64,000 bases of DNA from a bacterium (GCA_963662285.2 CAXXMV010000008.1:480001-544000); one strand, 5' to 3'; counted from the stretch's first letter, positions 18,906 to 29,630 are shown. The notes: generated by a model not told the origin, from the letters alone. Program-made: numbers and translations.

Positions 18906-18991
18906 AATAAAGTCGTAGGATGGGACAAAGCAAGTAAAATTCAATCCATTAAACCACTATCGTAGCGTGTCCCATCGTATACCAAACTCCC

Positions 18992-20836
18992 TTAATAGAG
19001 TTCCCATACGCTAACTGCAGTATTAACCTCAAGATCAGACAGCATATCAACCCCAGCGTTAATCCCGACCGGCCGGATCACGGCGTACCTGACCCTGCTG
19101 ATATGAATCGCGCCTAATTCAGAGAACGAGAAGCGAACAGCTGCTTGAGGACCTTGGTTGACTCCACTGAAATTGACGTCATTAACAATCCATACCGCCG
19201 TCTTCCATTCATCTGTTCCGGTAATGACTTGCCTGACTTCTTCCGGGACAAACTTGAACTGTAGAGTTCCAAATACATTGGATTGATACACTTGCGGTCC
19301 AAAATCTTCATCAATCAAAGCCGGATCATCATAATAATCCACTGCGATTTTCAAAACTGCGTTAGGTTGATCGGATGGTCCAAAATGTTCATTAATAATT
19401 GAGAAATTTATATGACTGTCAAACGGATCGCTGCCATCGCCTAAAGCTGGACGGATCGCGGAACGTTTATCACCCGCTGGACCAATATCATCTTCAACTA
19501 AATATTCCTGGTCGCCGCCGCTGGTTCCATAATCCAAACCAAAGTTTAAAGCAGGATCATCAATATTGAATTCCGCATAAATTTCGTATGGATCAGGATC
19601 AAATGGATAAGCATCGGGAATAGGATCGACATTCTCGTAGACTCCAGAACTGCGAACCATACCCACTCTTACGCGTGAGACATATACCGGACCGCCAAAA
19701 CTAAAACGGGCCGCTCCTTGAGGAGTAACATTTACGCCCTTTAATTTGACATCAGGAACATACCAAACAGCTTCGCGCCATAAACCGGTTCCTGCAAGAA
19801 CAGTTCGTTTTGCCTCCGAGAAGAAAGCCAAAGCATCGCCAGCTGTAACATAGACTTCCGGTCCAAAAATAGTTCCGGCAAGCGCAGGATCATCATAATA
19901 CTCAGCAACAATCTTTACTTTCGAACTAGGTTGGCTGGTTGGTCCAAAATGTTCATCTAAAATCGCCCAGTTAACATAAATATCTTGCGTAGCATCAGAA
20001 CCATCATCAAAAGCCGGTCGTACAGCCTGGCGTTTATCGTCTGCAGGACCAATATCGCTGGACTCAATGGTTTCCTGGTCTCCACCAGTAACGCGATGTA
20101 GATCCAAGCCATTGATCACGCCATTATTGATATCCCATTCGGCCATAATGGCATAATCATCCGGATTAAACTCGACTACTTTAGTCGTATTAATATCTTC
20201 CGGTTCGCCGAATGCGCCTTCAGGACCAATAGCAATAGCGCGAATTATCAAGCCATTAGTTCCTCCTAAACGTATGGTGCCTCCATTTACTCCGCCGTAT
20301 GTGATAGTTCCTTGAGAATCGTCGTGCACGTTTCCAGCCCAGGCGCCGGAATTATCAACCCGGAAGAGACGCCATTCAAATTGGTCAGTCACAGATTCAA
20401 AATTGAATCCATCAACGTAATTCATATAATCGCCAGGCAGCGTACCCAGCAGGAAACCCATATTGTCACGCTTGGATTCAGCATTGGCGAAATACTGCAC
20501 CAGAACATCAATCACAGGCAAGTCAGGTAATAAAAAATAAAGTTCATCAGCAATATTGAAATAGTTGGCAACCGACTTTTTAGCGTCTTTACCGGCGATT
20601 GAAATGTCTTCCGTTACCTGATCGCCACCAGTCAGGATAAGAATCGTTTCAGAAAATAGATTCCCTTGACCTGAAGGAATAGCTCCATAAAGAGCATCAT
20701 CCGCGCACCAATAATGCACATCCGCATCGAAATCAGTAGTTGGCGGCCACTGATCGATATCTTGTGAATATGCTGGCGTATAACCAATTAGTAATCCAAC
20801 AACCATGAAACAGACAAAAATTTTATTCATATTCAA
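18992..20836 (-). CDS. Secreted acidic protein with three internal beta-rich repeats and C-terminal WELY tag
   Basis: Signal peptide; three GGDQ-starting repeats, the last two with EHFGP/YYDDP/W.A.W; ends TAVSVWELY; AGGAGG RBS. Confidence 0.75.
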   Translation of the reverse strand: MNMNKIFVCFMVVGLLIGYTPAYSQDIDQWPPTTDFDADVHYWCADDALYGAIPSGQGNLFSETILILTGGDQVTEDISIAGKDAKKSVANYFNIADELYFLLPDLPVIDVLVQYFANAESKRDNMGFLLGTLPGDYMNYVDGFNFESVTDQFEWRLFRVDNSGAWAGNVHDDSQGTITYGGVNGGTIRLGGTNGLIIRAIAIGPEGAFGEPEDINTTKVVEFNPDDYAIMAEWDINNGVINGLDLHRVTGGDQETIESSDIGPADDKRQAVRPAFDDGSDATQDIYVNWAILDEHFGPTSQPSSKVKIVAEYYDDPALAGTIFGPEVYVTAGDALAFFSEAKRTVLAGTGLWREAVWYVPDVKLKGVNVTPQGAARFSFGGPVYVSRVRVGMVRSSGVYENVDPIPDAYPFDPDPYEIYAEFNIDDPALNFGLDYGTSGGDQEYLVEDDIGPAGDKRSAIRPALGDGSDPFDSHINFSIINEHFGPSDQPNAVLKIAVDYYDDPALIDEDFGPQVYQSNVFGTLQFKFVPEEVRQVITGTDEWKTAVWIVNDVNFSGVNQGPQAAVRFSFSELGAIHISRVRYAVIRPVGINAGVDMLSDLEVNTAVSVWELY

Positions 20837-21185
20837 TACCTCCTTTGGAATTGATCTTTCTACTATCCCATATATGAAGATAAAAAGATAGATTTATATG
20901 AAAATAATACGATAAAGCATTAGAATCGCATAGGCAAAATAGTTTCTATATATTTTAGAAAGAGGCAAAAACCTCCTAGTTAGTTGTTATGGAAAAACGT
21001 TAAGTACAGACCAATAAATGCCGAAAATAGAAGAAGATAAATCATCTTTACTTATTTTGGTACGTAATGTGCTTTTATATACTTTATATTTAATTGAGTT
21101 TTATTTGTTATCGGGTTGAAGATTACGAAGCGTCTTTACGATATTACAATGAGAAGCGCTTTAGAAACGAGGCATCGTGGTAATC

Positions 21186-21611
21186 ATGAAAATTCTAATA
21201 CACGAAACAGATCAAGATATCCGCAAACTTTACAAGGCGATTTTTTCTCCTTTCCCTGTACAGTTAACGTTCACCAATGAAGCTCGGGAAACATGCATTA
21301 AAGCAGACCGTTCCAATTACGATCTGGTTATGATGGACATTGAATTTCCCACTATGGAAGGTCTTGATATCGCACGCAATATGGTGCAAAACCATCCTGA
21401 GCAACCTTTATTATTGGTATCATCTATCCCATTGCGTAAAAGCGATTTGGGAGCATGCGCTTATCACTCGCGCAGCGCCATCATGATGAAACCTTTTGAT
21501 ATAGGTAAACTACGCAGCATGATAGAGAAAATGCTCAAGCCAAAGCAATATCCGGAAACGGACGAAGACAGGTCATCGCTGGGTTTCTTCCAACCGGCAT
21601 TAGTTAATTGA
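21186..21611 (+). CDS. Single-domain response regulator (atypical acidic pocket)
   Basis: MKILIHETD, VMMDIEFP, LVSS, MKPF. Confidence 0.85.
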   Translation: MKILIHETDQDIRKLYKAIFSPFPVQLTFTNEARETCIKADRSNYDLVMMDIEFPTMEGLDIARNMVQNHPEQPLLLVSSIPLRKSDLGACAYHSRSAIMMKPFDIGKLRSMIEKMLKPKQYPETDEDRSSLGFFQPALVN

Positions 21612-21788
21612 CAGTTCCAAACGCCTTATACAGACTCTGATCCACATTTTAAAAGCCCGCTACGCACAGTAACGGGCGTTTTAATATCACTAGTTTAGGC
21701 TTCCGACGTTTTAAAGCGTAGGCAACGCTGGCGAGCGTCCCGCGACAGACGGGCGCTGAAAGCCGCTTTTAATTAGTGATCTGGTAAC

Positions 21789-21827
21789 GGGTGGCAAGGG
21801 CAAGACCGCATAGCGGTCAGCCCTTGA
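21789..21827. repeat. Palindromic repeat, family B variant
   Basis: gggtggcaagggcaagaccgcatagcggtcagcccttga. Confidence 0.6.
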
Positions 21828-21901
21828 AGCAACTACTTTCGATCCCAATTTCCCTCAACGCTACGCGACAAATCATCTATGCGCGAATACAATAGCAACA
21901 A

Positions 21902-23302
21902 ATGAATGACGCCCGAATCTACCTTCGTGAAGACACTATAACTGCGCCATCGACTCCAAGCGGTCGGGGCGCCATCGCTATTATCCGCATCAGCGGCCCA
22001 GACGCCATCACGCTCTGCTCACGCATCTTTTCTCCTGTTAATGGTTCTTTGAGCCAGGCTCCCCGTCAAATGACCTACGGCAGGCTGGTTGATCCAACAA
22101 ACCATGAACATATAGATGACGTCTTATGCACATCGTTCCCCGCCCCCCGGTCATATACCGGAGAAAATATGGCTGAAATTTACTGCCATGGCAGCGAAGC
22201 GGTTATCCGTAAAACGCTCAAGATTCTGTACCGGGATGGAGCGCGTCCAGCTGAACCAGGAGAATTCACCTTCCGGGCGGTGCGCAACGGCAAGATGGAC
22301 CTGGCTCAAGCTGAAGCAGTCTCTTCTTTAATAGATAGCCGCACCCAACTGGCGCGCTCTCTATCCCTACGCATGTTAGAAGGCGAGTTTTCCAAAGACC
22401 TGGCGGCATTAAAAGAAGAACTTGTCTCGACATTAGTGGAAATAGAGACTCAGTTGGAATTTCCCGATGAAGCATCCGAAGAGAAACTGGACTCCAATAT
22501 TCAGGATAAAATGGCCGTTCTCCTGCAACATGCAGAATCACTGCAAAAAAGAGCGGTGCGTGAACGGCGTTTCGAACAAGGCATCGCCGTAGTTATCGCC
22601 GGACGGCCTAATGTCGGTAAGTCCAGTCTTTTCAACCGTCTGCTTGGCAGAGAGCGGGCTATCGTCACTCCCCATCCGGGAACCACGCGGGATAGCATCG
22701 AAGGAACCATCGAACTGGAGGGACGCCCGGTAACCTTGATCGATACCGCCGGTCTGCGGGAAACCCAGGAAGAGATCGAAGCCATAGGCATCCAACGTTC
22801 TCAGGAGTTATTATCAACCTCTCATATTATCATCTTTGTCTGCGATTGCGGCGACGGTCTTACAGGGCAAGACATTGCACTATTAAACCAGTTAAAAGAT
22901 GATCCATCCCAATCCAAAACCATCCTGGTGATGAACAAATGCGACCTTCATCCAGAATTTAACCCCGCAGAATTAGATGCAGATTGGGCGCTTGTCAAAG
23001 CCTCCTGCATAAATGAGACGGGCGTTAATGAATTAATAGGGATTCTTGAACAGGAAGTTAAGAACCTTATTCCGGCTGATACAGATTCAGCCTATCTGAT
23101 CAGTGCGCGCCAAGAGCGGATTCTGACCCGGTTACAGGATGATTTACACAACGCTGACCAATTCATAAATCAACAGACACCCCTCGAATTACCGGCAGAA
23201 GACCTGCGCTCAGCCCTCAAGAATATATCTGAGTTAGATGGCAGCGGAACACCGCCGGATATCATGTCTACCATCTTTTCACGCTTTTGCATCGGAAAAT
23301 AG
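21902..23302 (+). CDS. mnmE: tRNA modification GTPase MnmE/TrmE
   Basis: DTITAPST, SYTGEN, AEPGEFTFRA, GRPNVGKSS, GTTRD, DTAG, NKCD, FSRFCIGK. Confidence 0.98.
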   Translation: MNDARIYLREDTITAPSTPSGRGAIAIIRISGPDAITLCSRIFSPVNGSLSQAPRQMTYGRLVDPTNHEHIDDVLCTSFPAPRSYTGENMAEIYCHGSEAVIRKTLKILYRDGARPAEPGEFTFRAVRNGKMDLAQAEAVSSLIDSRTQLARSLSLRMLEGEFSKDLAALKEELVSTLVEIETQLEFPDEASEEKLDSNIQDKMAVLLQHAESLQKRAVRERRFEQGIAVVIAGRPNVGKSSLFNRLLGRERAIVTPHPGTTRDSIEGTIELEGRPVTLIDTAGLRETQEEIEAIGIQRSQELLSTSHIIIFVCDCGDGLTGQDIALLNQLKDDPSQSKTILVMNKCDLHPEFNPAELDADWALVKASCINETGVNELIGILEQEVKNLIPADTDSAYLISARQERILTRLQDDLHNADQFINQQTPLELPAEDLRSALKNISELDGSGTPPDIMSTIFSRFCIGK

Positions 23303-23307
23303 ATATA

Positions 23308-23339
23308 AAAAAGCCGTTGCATTTCTGCAACGGCTTTTT
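23308..23339. terminator. Bidirectional intrinsic terminator
   Basis: aaaaagccgttgca-tttc-tgcaacggcttttt; a reverse-complement twin lies at 49846-49877. Confidence 0.85.
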
Positions 23340-23368
23340 GAGGTTTTTCACAAGTTTACTGAATACAA

Positions 23369-24751
23369 TTATAACGTCCAACCTTTGCGATACTTGGGTT
23401 TAACCCATTTGTTGGCTTCGTCGTTATTGGTGAAACGGGCGTTGGGAGCATCCCAATACAGTTTCTGATCCGGGAATTTCAAGCAGAGGTTGCCCATTAC
23501 TATCCATTCGCTGAAAGGACCGGAATATTCGAAGTTCGAACCGGCGGGAGCGCCGCCCTTGCAAGCGCGAAGCCAGTCGATTTTCTGTTTTTGGTCATCG
23601 CCGTTCCCTGGTAAGCGTGGGATAATTTGTTGAGGCGCTTTGAAATCCTTCATGTGTTCGCCAGCAATCAAACGTGAGCCTTCGCCATAGGTTCCCGTCA
23701 CCAGGATGCCCTTGTCGCCGATGAAGAGTGAACCGCAGGAGCCTTTATCGATTTTGAAATTCTTAACGCCTTCCGGTATAGGAGGATGCAGATTGCCGTC
23801 GTACCAATACAGCGTTACCGGTGACATGTTTCCACGGCGTGGGAATTCAAAGCGAATTCTGGCTTCAGTCGGGAAGGTTTGATCATTGTTGCCTTTTTCA
23901 TGCAGGCACTCAACGCTTATAGGAGCGCCCAGACGCAAGGCCATGTTGGCTGGATCAAGTATATGACAGGCCATATCCGCTAAAGCGCCGCCGCCAAAGT
24001 CCCACCATCCGCGCCATTTGAATGGAGCGTATGCTGAGTTATAAGGACGATATATAGATGGTCCAATCCATGCATCCCAATTAATATTATCTGGCGCTTC
24101 TTCTTCTGGAAGAATTCCAGGTTTGCCATCTTCAAAGATGCCTTCGATGCCCTGCGGCCAGATAGGACGGTCAGTCCAGGCGTGAACTTCGCGGATATCT
24201 CCGGCGATGCCCGACCAGACCAATTCGCACATATCGCGAACGCCATCGCCTGAGTGACCCTGGTTGCCCATTTGGGTGGCAACGCCGTATTTTCTGGCGG
24301 CCAAAGTCAATTTGCGGGCTTCCCAGATGGTACGGGTCAATGGTTTCTGTACGTAAACATTGATGCCGCGTTCCATACACGCCATTGCTGCCACAGCGTG
24401 AACGTGGTCAGGAGTAGAAATTGTGCAGGCATCAATATTCTTTTCCTTGTCCAGCATTTGGCGGAAATCCTGATAAACCTTGGCGCCCGGGAATTTCTTG
24501 ATCGAGCCATTGGCCATTCTCTCATCAGGATCGGCCAGGGCAATAACGTTTTCGCCCAGATCGCCGCATTGGCCGATGTCTGACGATCCCTTGCCGCCTG
24601 CTCCAATAGCAGCCATGTTCAATTTTTCGTTAGGAGATTTGTATCCCAGCCGTTTCAGGCTTGGAACTGATTTTGTGGTTGCGCAACCAGCCATTGTCGC
24701 CGCAGCGCTTCCCATTAAAAAAATACGCCGGGAAAGTTTTGATTCACTCAT
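23369..24751 (-). CDS. Tat-exported Gfo/Idh/MocA oxidoreductase (copy 1)
   Basis: SRRIFL signal with MAGC lipobox; IGAGGKG, STPDHVH, VQKPL, GALADMACHILD. Confidence 0.92.
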   Translation of the reverse strand: MSESKLSRRIFLMGSAAATMAGCATTKSVPSLKRLGYKSPNEKLNMAAIGAGGKGSSDIGQCGDLGENVIALADPDERMANGSIKKFPGAKVYQDFRQMLDKEKNIDACTISTPDHVHAVAAMACMERGINVYVQKPLTRTIWEARKLTLAARKYGVATQMGNQGHSGDGVRDMCELVWSGIAGDIREVHAWTDRPIWPQGIEGIFEDGKPGILPEEEAPDNINWDAWIGPSIYRPYNSAYAPFKWRGWWDFGGGALADMACHILDPANMALRLGAPISVECLHEKGNNDQTFPTEARIRFEFPRRGNMSPVTLYWYDGNLHPPIPEGVKNFKIDKGSCGSLFIGDKGILVTGTYGEGSRLIAGEHMKDFKAPQQIIPRLPGNGDDQKQKIDWLRACKGGAPAGSNFEYSGPFSEWIVMGNLCLKFPDQKLYWDAPNARFTNNDEANKWVKPKYRKGWTL

Positions 24752-25018
24752 AATGCTCCCCTTCTTGGAAGATGTTTTTTTGCAGGAGATTACTTTTTCA
24801 TATACCTGCTATTGCGAAACTAATACCAGCTAAAAACAAGCAGGAATCAATCCGCACACGATTGGGATAGAACCTTTATAACCCTTTTATATTAAGAGAA
24901 ATCAACTGTGATAACAAGGTCTTGAAACCCGGGAACTATACGTCACAATAGAAAGACGCATTCATAATAAATGCGCCTTTCTTATTTCACAGATTAAGCG
25001 TGGTTTGCTTAACAACAA

Positions 25019-25315
25019 TCACTCATCTTCTTCGTCCATCTCAATCATATCACCTATTTCATTTTTGGGATTAGGTATGCTCTGCACGATTTCTTCCGCC
25101 TCAGTTACATCATCTTCAAGTACAAGAATACGAGAATGCCCTTTGACTGATTCAAATAATCCATCGAAAGCTTCGTCATGATATCCCTGAACCACATAAT
25201 GAATACCTGCATCATCAAGGGCGCTTGTGATAAAAGCTTCATGTATATCATCTTCGGTAATACCAACTTGTATCAGTTCTTCTTGGTCAGGATTCACGAT
25301 AAATTCTCCAATCAT
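25019..25315 (-). CDS. Small acidic protein, DUF2007 (PII-like fold) family
   Basis: EAFITSALDDAGI...RILVLEDDVTEAEEIV pattern. Confidence 0.65.
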   Translation of the reverse strand: MIGEFIVNPDQEELIQVGITEDDIHEAFITSALDDAGIHYVVQGYHDEAFDGLFESVKGHSRILVLEDDVTEAEEIVQSIPNPKNEIGDMIEMDEEDE

Positions 25316-25491
25316 GTATTGTGATAAAGTGATTCGACCTAATATGTATTTACAAAATGTTTAATGCAAAATCGCTAAATCTAATCTCTTTCTAACGATA
25401 TGTAGTTGATTATAAGTATTATTTCATCAACTCTTATATATGCTACTAGTCTAAGCGTATTTTGCACAAAAAAAATCAGAAATCAATTCTT

Positions 25492-26511
25492 TTATTTACA
25501 ATCCCCCCGCCATTCCAAACTTTGATCACGCATCAAACGCCAATCAAGTTCCGGCTCGCGACCGGCGGTGGTTAGATAGTTGCCCACCATCATACCGCTG
25601 GCCCCGGCGAAAAAAATCATACACTGTAAGTCATGCAAGTTTGATTCACGCCCGCCGCAAATTCTAATCGTCTTATCAGGAAGTATAAACCTAAAAAGTG
25701 AAATCGTCATCAAAATTTCCATCGGCGGCATAGGAGGTTGTTTTTCCAGAGGAGTTCCGGGGACTGAGTATAGAAAATTCATGGGAATCCCATCCACATC
25801 CAGTTCACGCAAAGTTAAAGCCAGGTCGATCCGGTCATTGATGGTCTCACCCAATCCGAAGATGCCCCCTGAGCATATTTTCATGCCAGCTTGATGAGAG
25901 GTTTTAATGGTTTTAATCCTCTCTTGAAAGGTATGGGTAGTGCAAATCGAAGGGAAAAAGCGTTCAGAGGTTTCAAGGTTATGATGTATGGTGGTAACGC
26001 CGCATTGACGTAAGTATCTTAATTGCTCAATATTTAATAAGCCAATTGAAGTATGAACGTCCAGCCCGGTCTTTTCTCTAATAATTATGGCAGCCTCACC
26101 AATTCGTTTCAACTCAGCTTCATTTTTCACGCCCGGGCCGCTGGTTACTAAGCCAAACGATTCAGCGCCATCTTGTTTAGCCTGTTGCGCCACTTTCAGC
26201 ATCTCGTCTATTTCCATCATAGAATAGACCGGCGCTCCAGTTTTATAACGCGATGATTGAGAGCAGAAAGCGCAATCCTCGCTGCATGCGCCCGATTTGG
26301 CGTTTACTATGGAACAAAGACTGACGTGGTTTTGATTATAATGTTCCCGGATACGGTTGGCATGATAAAACAGAAGCAAGGATTCTTTCGGATCAATCGC
26401 TCCAATTCGCTGCGCTTCGGAACGGTCGATTCGATATCCATGATTGATGATATTGTTTGATATATCTTCAAGAAATTTGCCAAGTGATTGATCTTCTTTA
26501 TTTTGATTCAT
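25492..26511 (-). CDS. bioB: Biotin synthase
   Basis: NAKSGACSEDCAFCSQS radical-SAM motif, HHNLETS, CSGGIFGLGE, IPMNFL, GNYLTT. Start moved to ATG 26511 because the upstream ORF extension is repeat DNA. Confidence 0.95.
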   Translation of the reverse strand: MNQNKEDQSLGKFLEDISNNIINHGYRIDRSEAQRIGAIDPKESLLLFYHANRIREHYNQNHVSLCSIVNAKSGACSEDCAFCSQSSRYKTGAPVYSMMEIDEMLKVAQQAKQDGAESFGLVTSGPGVKNEAELKRIGEAAIIIREKTGLDVHTSIGLLNIEQLRYLRQCGVTTIHHNLETSERFFPSICTTHTFQERIKTIKTSHQAGMKICSGGIFGLGETINDRIDLALTLRELDVDGIPMNFLYSVPGTPLEKQPPMPPMEILMTISLFRFILPDKTIRICGGRESNLHDLQCMIFFAGASGMMVGNYLTTAGREPELDWRLMRDQSLEWRGDCK

Positions 26512-26607
26512 GTTATTTCGACTTGTCCTTGTCGCCGATAGGGCTTTGCGTATTCCGGGCGCCCACGAGGGTAATGTCATTAAGTCAAGGAATTTCACCT
26601 TATCGTT

Positions 26608-26656
26608 GGTGGCTTGATCAAGGGCTGAGCGCAATGCGCTCTTGCCCTTGGCACCC
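26608..26656. repeat. Palindromic repeat family B
   Basis: ggtggcttgatcaagggc...gcccttggcaccc, reverse-complementary to 51956-51997. Confidence 0.7.
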
Positions 26657-26705
26657 AGCAATACAGATTATGCATTAATTATATGGATTTATGAACTTGC
26701 AAAAA

Positions 26706-27851
26706 TTATGGAAATATCTTAATAACAGGCTGCGTCAGGTTTCCTCCGCCATTATCCCATTTTATCAGACCGCTGGCGGCTTTATAGCCACTTAATTGAG
26801 TCAGGGATTTCGCCAAAGATGTGCGCTTTAATCCACTGGAACGAATAGACTTAATGATTAACTGCGCCGCATCATTGGCGTAAGTTGCAGAGAAAGTCGG
26901 GCGCTCAGCGAAGCGGCGTGAATATGAATGCTCAAACCGTAAATAAGGGCTGCATTTAGATGCATGTTCAAAAGGTTCAACCACATACAAAGTTCCAGAA
27001 TATTGGCTTGATATGACCTCAGCCTTAAATCCGGGAATCCAGGGAATGAAAAGCGGGCAATGCACCTTCCGCTTTACAAGCGAATCAATCAAACCAGCCA
27101 ATTGATTCGCTTGCAGACGAATCACCAGAGCATCCGGTTTGAACGAGTTTATACGTTCTATAATTTCATCAAATGATTGCAGATCAGCGTCAATAGTGAA
27201 ATGGAAAACTGGTGGAATATGTTTCTTATGCAAAGCCTCTTGTAATTCATCAGAAGAATATCTGCCGTCATGTTCGGTTGAAGATATCAAACCAATTCTT
27301 TGCAGTGTTTTGAGCTGCGCGATTTGACTAATCAACAGATCCGCTTGCACCCGGTCATCAGGAGGCAGACGAAATATCCAGGGCAGATTGATATGAGTTA
27401 ATGATGGATCAGAGGCAATAGGAGAAACCAACGGAACCCAAGCCTTGGTAACCACTTGCTGCGCGATATGGGTTGCATCTCCATTAATGGAGCCGATAAC
27501 CGCCCAGACGCGATCCTGGTAAACCAACTTGATCATCTCTTTTGAACCGGCGCCCCAGGGATCATCGGCCCAGCGTTGCACAACAGAAAAAGGTACGGAT
27601 TGATAACCACCCTCAGCATTGGCCTGTTCAATAGCCAGAGAAACTCCCTGTATTATGGCTCGCGCTACACCGCCGTCTTGCTGATATGGAGAGAATAGCC
27701 CGATTTTAATTGATTTAAGTTTTTCCACATCAGCAGTTTGGGTCTCCGGCCCGGAGAAAGGCTGGGGCGCGTCAAGCATACGATAAGGTTCTTGGGCGTT
27801 AATATTTATAGAGAGAAGAATGAAGATGGAAAAACAGATAATTGATCTCAT
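26706..27851 (-). CDS. LivJ-like (type I periplasmic-binding fold) substrate-binding protein
   Basis: Signal peptide MRSIICFSIFILLSININA; IKIGLFSP, GVSLAIEQANAEGG, WIFRLPPDD, ATYANDA; start 27851 because the upstream extension is repeat DNA. Confidence 0.85.
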   Translation of the reverse strand: MRSIICFSIFILLSININAQEPYRMLDAPQPFSGPETQTADVEKLKSIKIGLFSPYQQDGGVARAIIQGVSLAIEQANAEGGYQSVPFSVVQRWADDPWGAGSKEMIKLVYQDRVWAVIGSINGDATHIAQQVVTKAWVPLVSPIASDPSLTHINLPWIFRLPPDDRVQADLLISQIAQLKTLQRIGLISSTEHDGRYSSDELQEALHKKHIPPVFHFTIDADLQSFDEIIERINSFKPDALVIRLQANQLAGLIDSLVKRKVHCPLFIPWIPGFKAEVISSQYSGTLYVVEPFEHASKCSPYLRFEHSYSRRFAERPTFSATYANDAAQLIIKSIRSSGLKRTSLAKSLTQLSGYKAASGLIKWDNGGGNLTQPVIKIFP

Positions 27852-27868
27852 GTTATGGGCTATTATAT

Positions 27869-28192
27869 TGTCTGAATCTGGATACCCAGGATGGGTGGCA
27901 AGTGCAGTGTGTTGTCTGCCCTTGATCGAGTCACCTCTTATTTCAAGAATTCCCACTAACAATCCACACTGAAGACGGTATCATAGGATTGATTTCGTTT
28001 ATCCATGATTATCTAATCAAGGGCAGAAAGGACAACGTCCTTGGCGCCCACGCCTCACCGACCCATCAAAAAACCACCCATTCAATCAGAAAGCCACTCT
28101 CCGCTATGTCAGGGAAAATTCAATAGGGGGATTTTTCTTGCCAGGGTGGTTATTATCAACCCTCTCCTAGCCTCTCCCAATCTTGGGAGAGG
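27869..28192. repeat. Composite repeat cluster (families D, B inverted pair, A fragment, C)
   Basis: tgtctgaatctggatacccagg (27869); B arms 27893-27926 and 28016-28049; cgcctcaccgacccatc similar to 52030; tcaaccctctcc...gggagagg (28156-28192). Confidence 0.75.
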
Positions 28193-28208
28193 GATGATTA
28201 TTCTACAT

Positions 28209-29600
28209 TTAATTCTTCGAGACCTTGGTTTTTTGCTCTCCGAAGATGTCTTGGTATGAGTAGAACTTAAACTCTCTATCTTCTGCTATAGCCAGGGAGG
28301 AAGGGCTGATGTTATTGAAAATCTGGTCGAACTCTTTTAGCCCGGTGACGCCATTATATTGAGTCACTTTGGCTAATTCATCGCGGATCAGGGCGCGGTT
28401 GAGTCCGGCGCGTTCGATAGCGTCAATAATCATGGTCATGCCATCATAGGCATGGGCGGCGTAGGTTTCGGGAGCATCGCCAAAACGGTCGCTGAATGAT
28501 TTGACGAAATCGGTATATTTGGAGTCGCGGCTTTCTGGATCATAGGGATATCCGGCGATGACATTGCCGATGTTCTCTCCGGCCATTTCAAAGAATTTAG
28601 GTGATACCATACGGTCGCTGCCCAGGAATAGTTGATTCATACCCATAGCCCGCATTTGCTTAAGTATTAGAGCGGATTCTTCGCAGTCGCCATAAGTTAT
28701 TACTGCTTCTGGTTTTAGCGCTTTGATACGCTCAAGTTGTGGAGTGTAATCTGTATCGCCTACTTTGTAATTAAGTTCAGTTAAGAATGGATGACCGGAA
28801 CGGGTGGCGGCGTCGCGGAACTCATCGATGCTCATGCGTCCATAACGGTTATTAGCCCGCAAGGCGGCGACGCGGGTATACCCCAGTTTTTTGAAGACGT
28901 AATCAGCCATGAAATAGCACATCTGACGGTCATCGGTGATGCATCTAAATACCCAGGGGATATTGGTTTCAATAAAAGTGGGATCAGTATCGCCGGTATT
29001 CATCATGGGAATTTCAGCCTTCAAAGCCACCCGGATAGCAATATGGCTGTTAGCGCCATCAATTGATCCGAGTATAGCCCAGACATTATCTTTATAGGCC
29101 AAGTGGACGATTTCACTGCCGCTGGCGCCCCAAAGGCCGTTGTCGTTGCGGACTTTCAATTCATAGGGAACGCCGCTTCCTCTGTAACCACCGTTTGCAT
29201 TGGCGTGTTCAATGGCAAGACGGGCGCCTTGCATCATTTTGTGGCCTAAGGGTTCTTCATGAGACGCCCCGCCAGTAGCGACCGAAACGGTTTTCATGAT
29301 GGGACCTAAAAAGCCGATTTTGATCGAATCGAGATTCTTTGGCTCAGGAATATGACGCCCGTATCCCCGGTATTGTAATGGTTCACGGAAAAAACGGCGG
29401 TATGGTTCGGTGAATTCACCATAGGGGAAATATTCATCAGGCGTACGGCCATAGTTTTTCTTTAATAATTCAGGATCAGCCTTTTGAACCTTGGTAGTTC
29501 CATGAATTCTCGAATCGTCTAAAACTGTATCATCGCTGGCGATAGCGCTGCTTCCCCCGAAGAGCGCCATGACTAAAAACATCCCGATTATCTTTTTCAT
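28209..29600 (-). CDS. LivJ-like substrate-binding protein with N-terminal extension
   Basis: Signal peptide; IKIGFLGP, GARLAIEHANANGG, WVFRCITDD, AAHAYDG, GVTG; paralog of 26706-27851. Confidence 0.88.
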   Translation of the reverse strand: MKKIIGMFLVMALFGGSSAIASDDTVLDDSRIHGTTKVQKADPELLKKNYGRTPDEYFPYGEFTEPYRRFFREPLQYRGYGRHIPEPKNLDSIKIGFLGPIMKTVSVATGGASHEEPLGHKMMQGARLAIEHANANGGYRGSGVPYELKVRNDNGLWGASGSEIVHLAYKDNVWAILGSIDGANSHIAIRVALKAEIPMMNTGDTDPTFIETNIPWVFRCITDDRQMCYFMADYVFKKLGYTRVAALRANNRYGRMSIDEFRDAATRSGHPFLTELNYKVGDTDYTPQLERIKALKPEAVITYGDCEESALILKQMRAMGMNQLFLGSDRMVSPKFFEMAGENIGNVIAGYPYDPESRDSKYTDFVKSFSDRFGDAPETYAAHAYDGMTMIIDAIERAGLNRALIRDELAKVTQYNGVTGLKEFDQIFNNISPSSLAIAEDREFKFYSYQDIFGEQKTKVSKN

Positions 29601-29630
29601 GTAAATTTACCCCTTTGCTTAGATTTGACA

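Noticed and set aside
23369-23390. KGWTL C-termini of the Gfo/Idh/MocA proteins as instances of the W-x-L tag
   Set aside because: YRKGWTL is the normal family-conserved ending and lacks the linker and terminal aromatic residue.
26512-26661. N-terminal extensions of bioB and of ORF 26706-27962, and small ORFs 29530-29760, 46948-47142, 28041-28259 and 52025-52272
   Set aside because: They translate repeat DNA (for example the recurring SIKGR..TAL peptide); better starts with signal peptides or RBS lie downstream.
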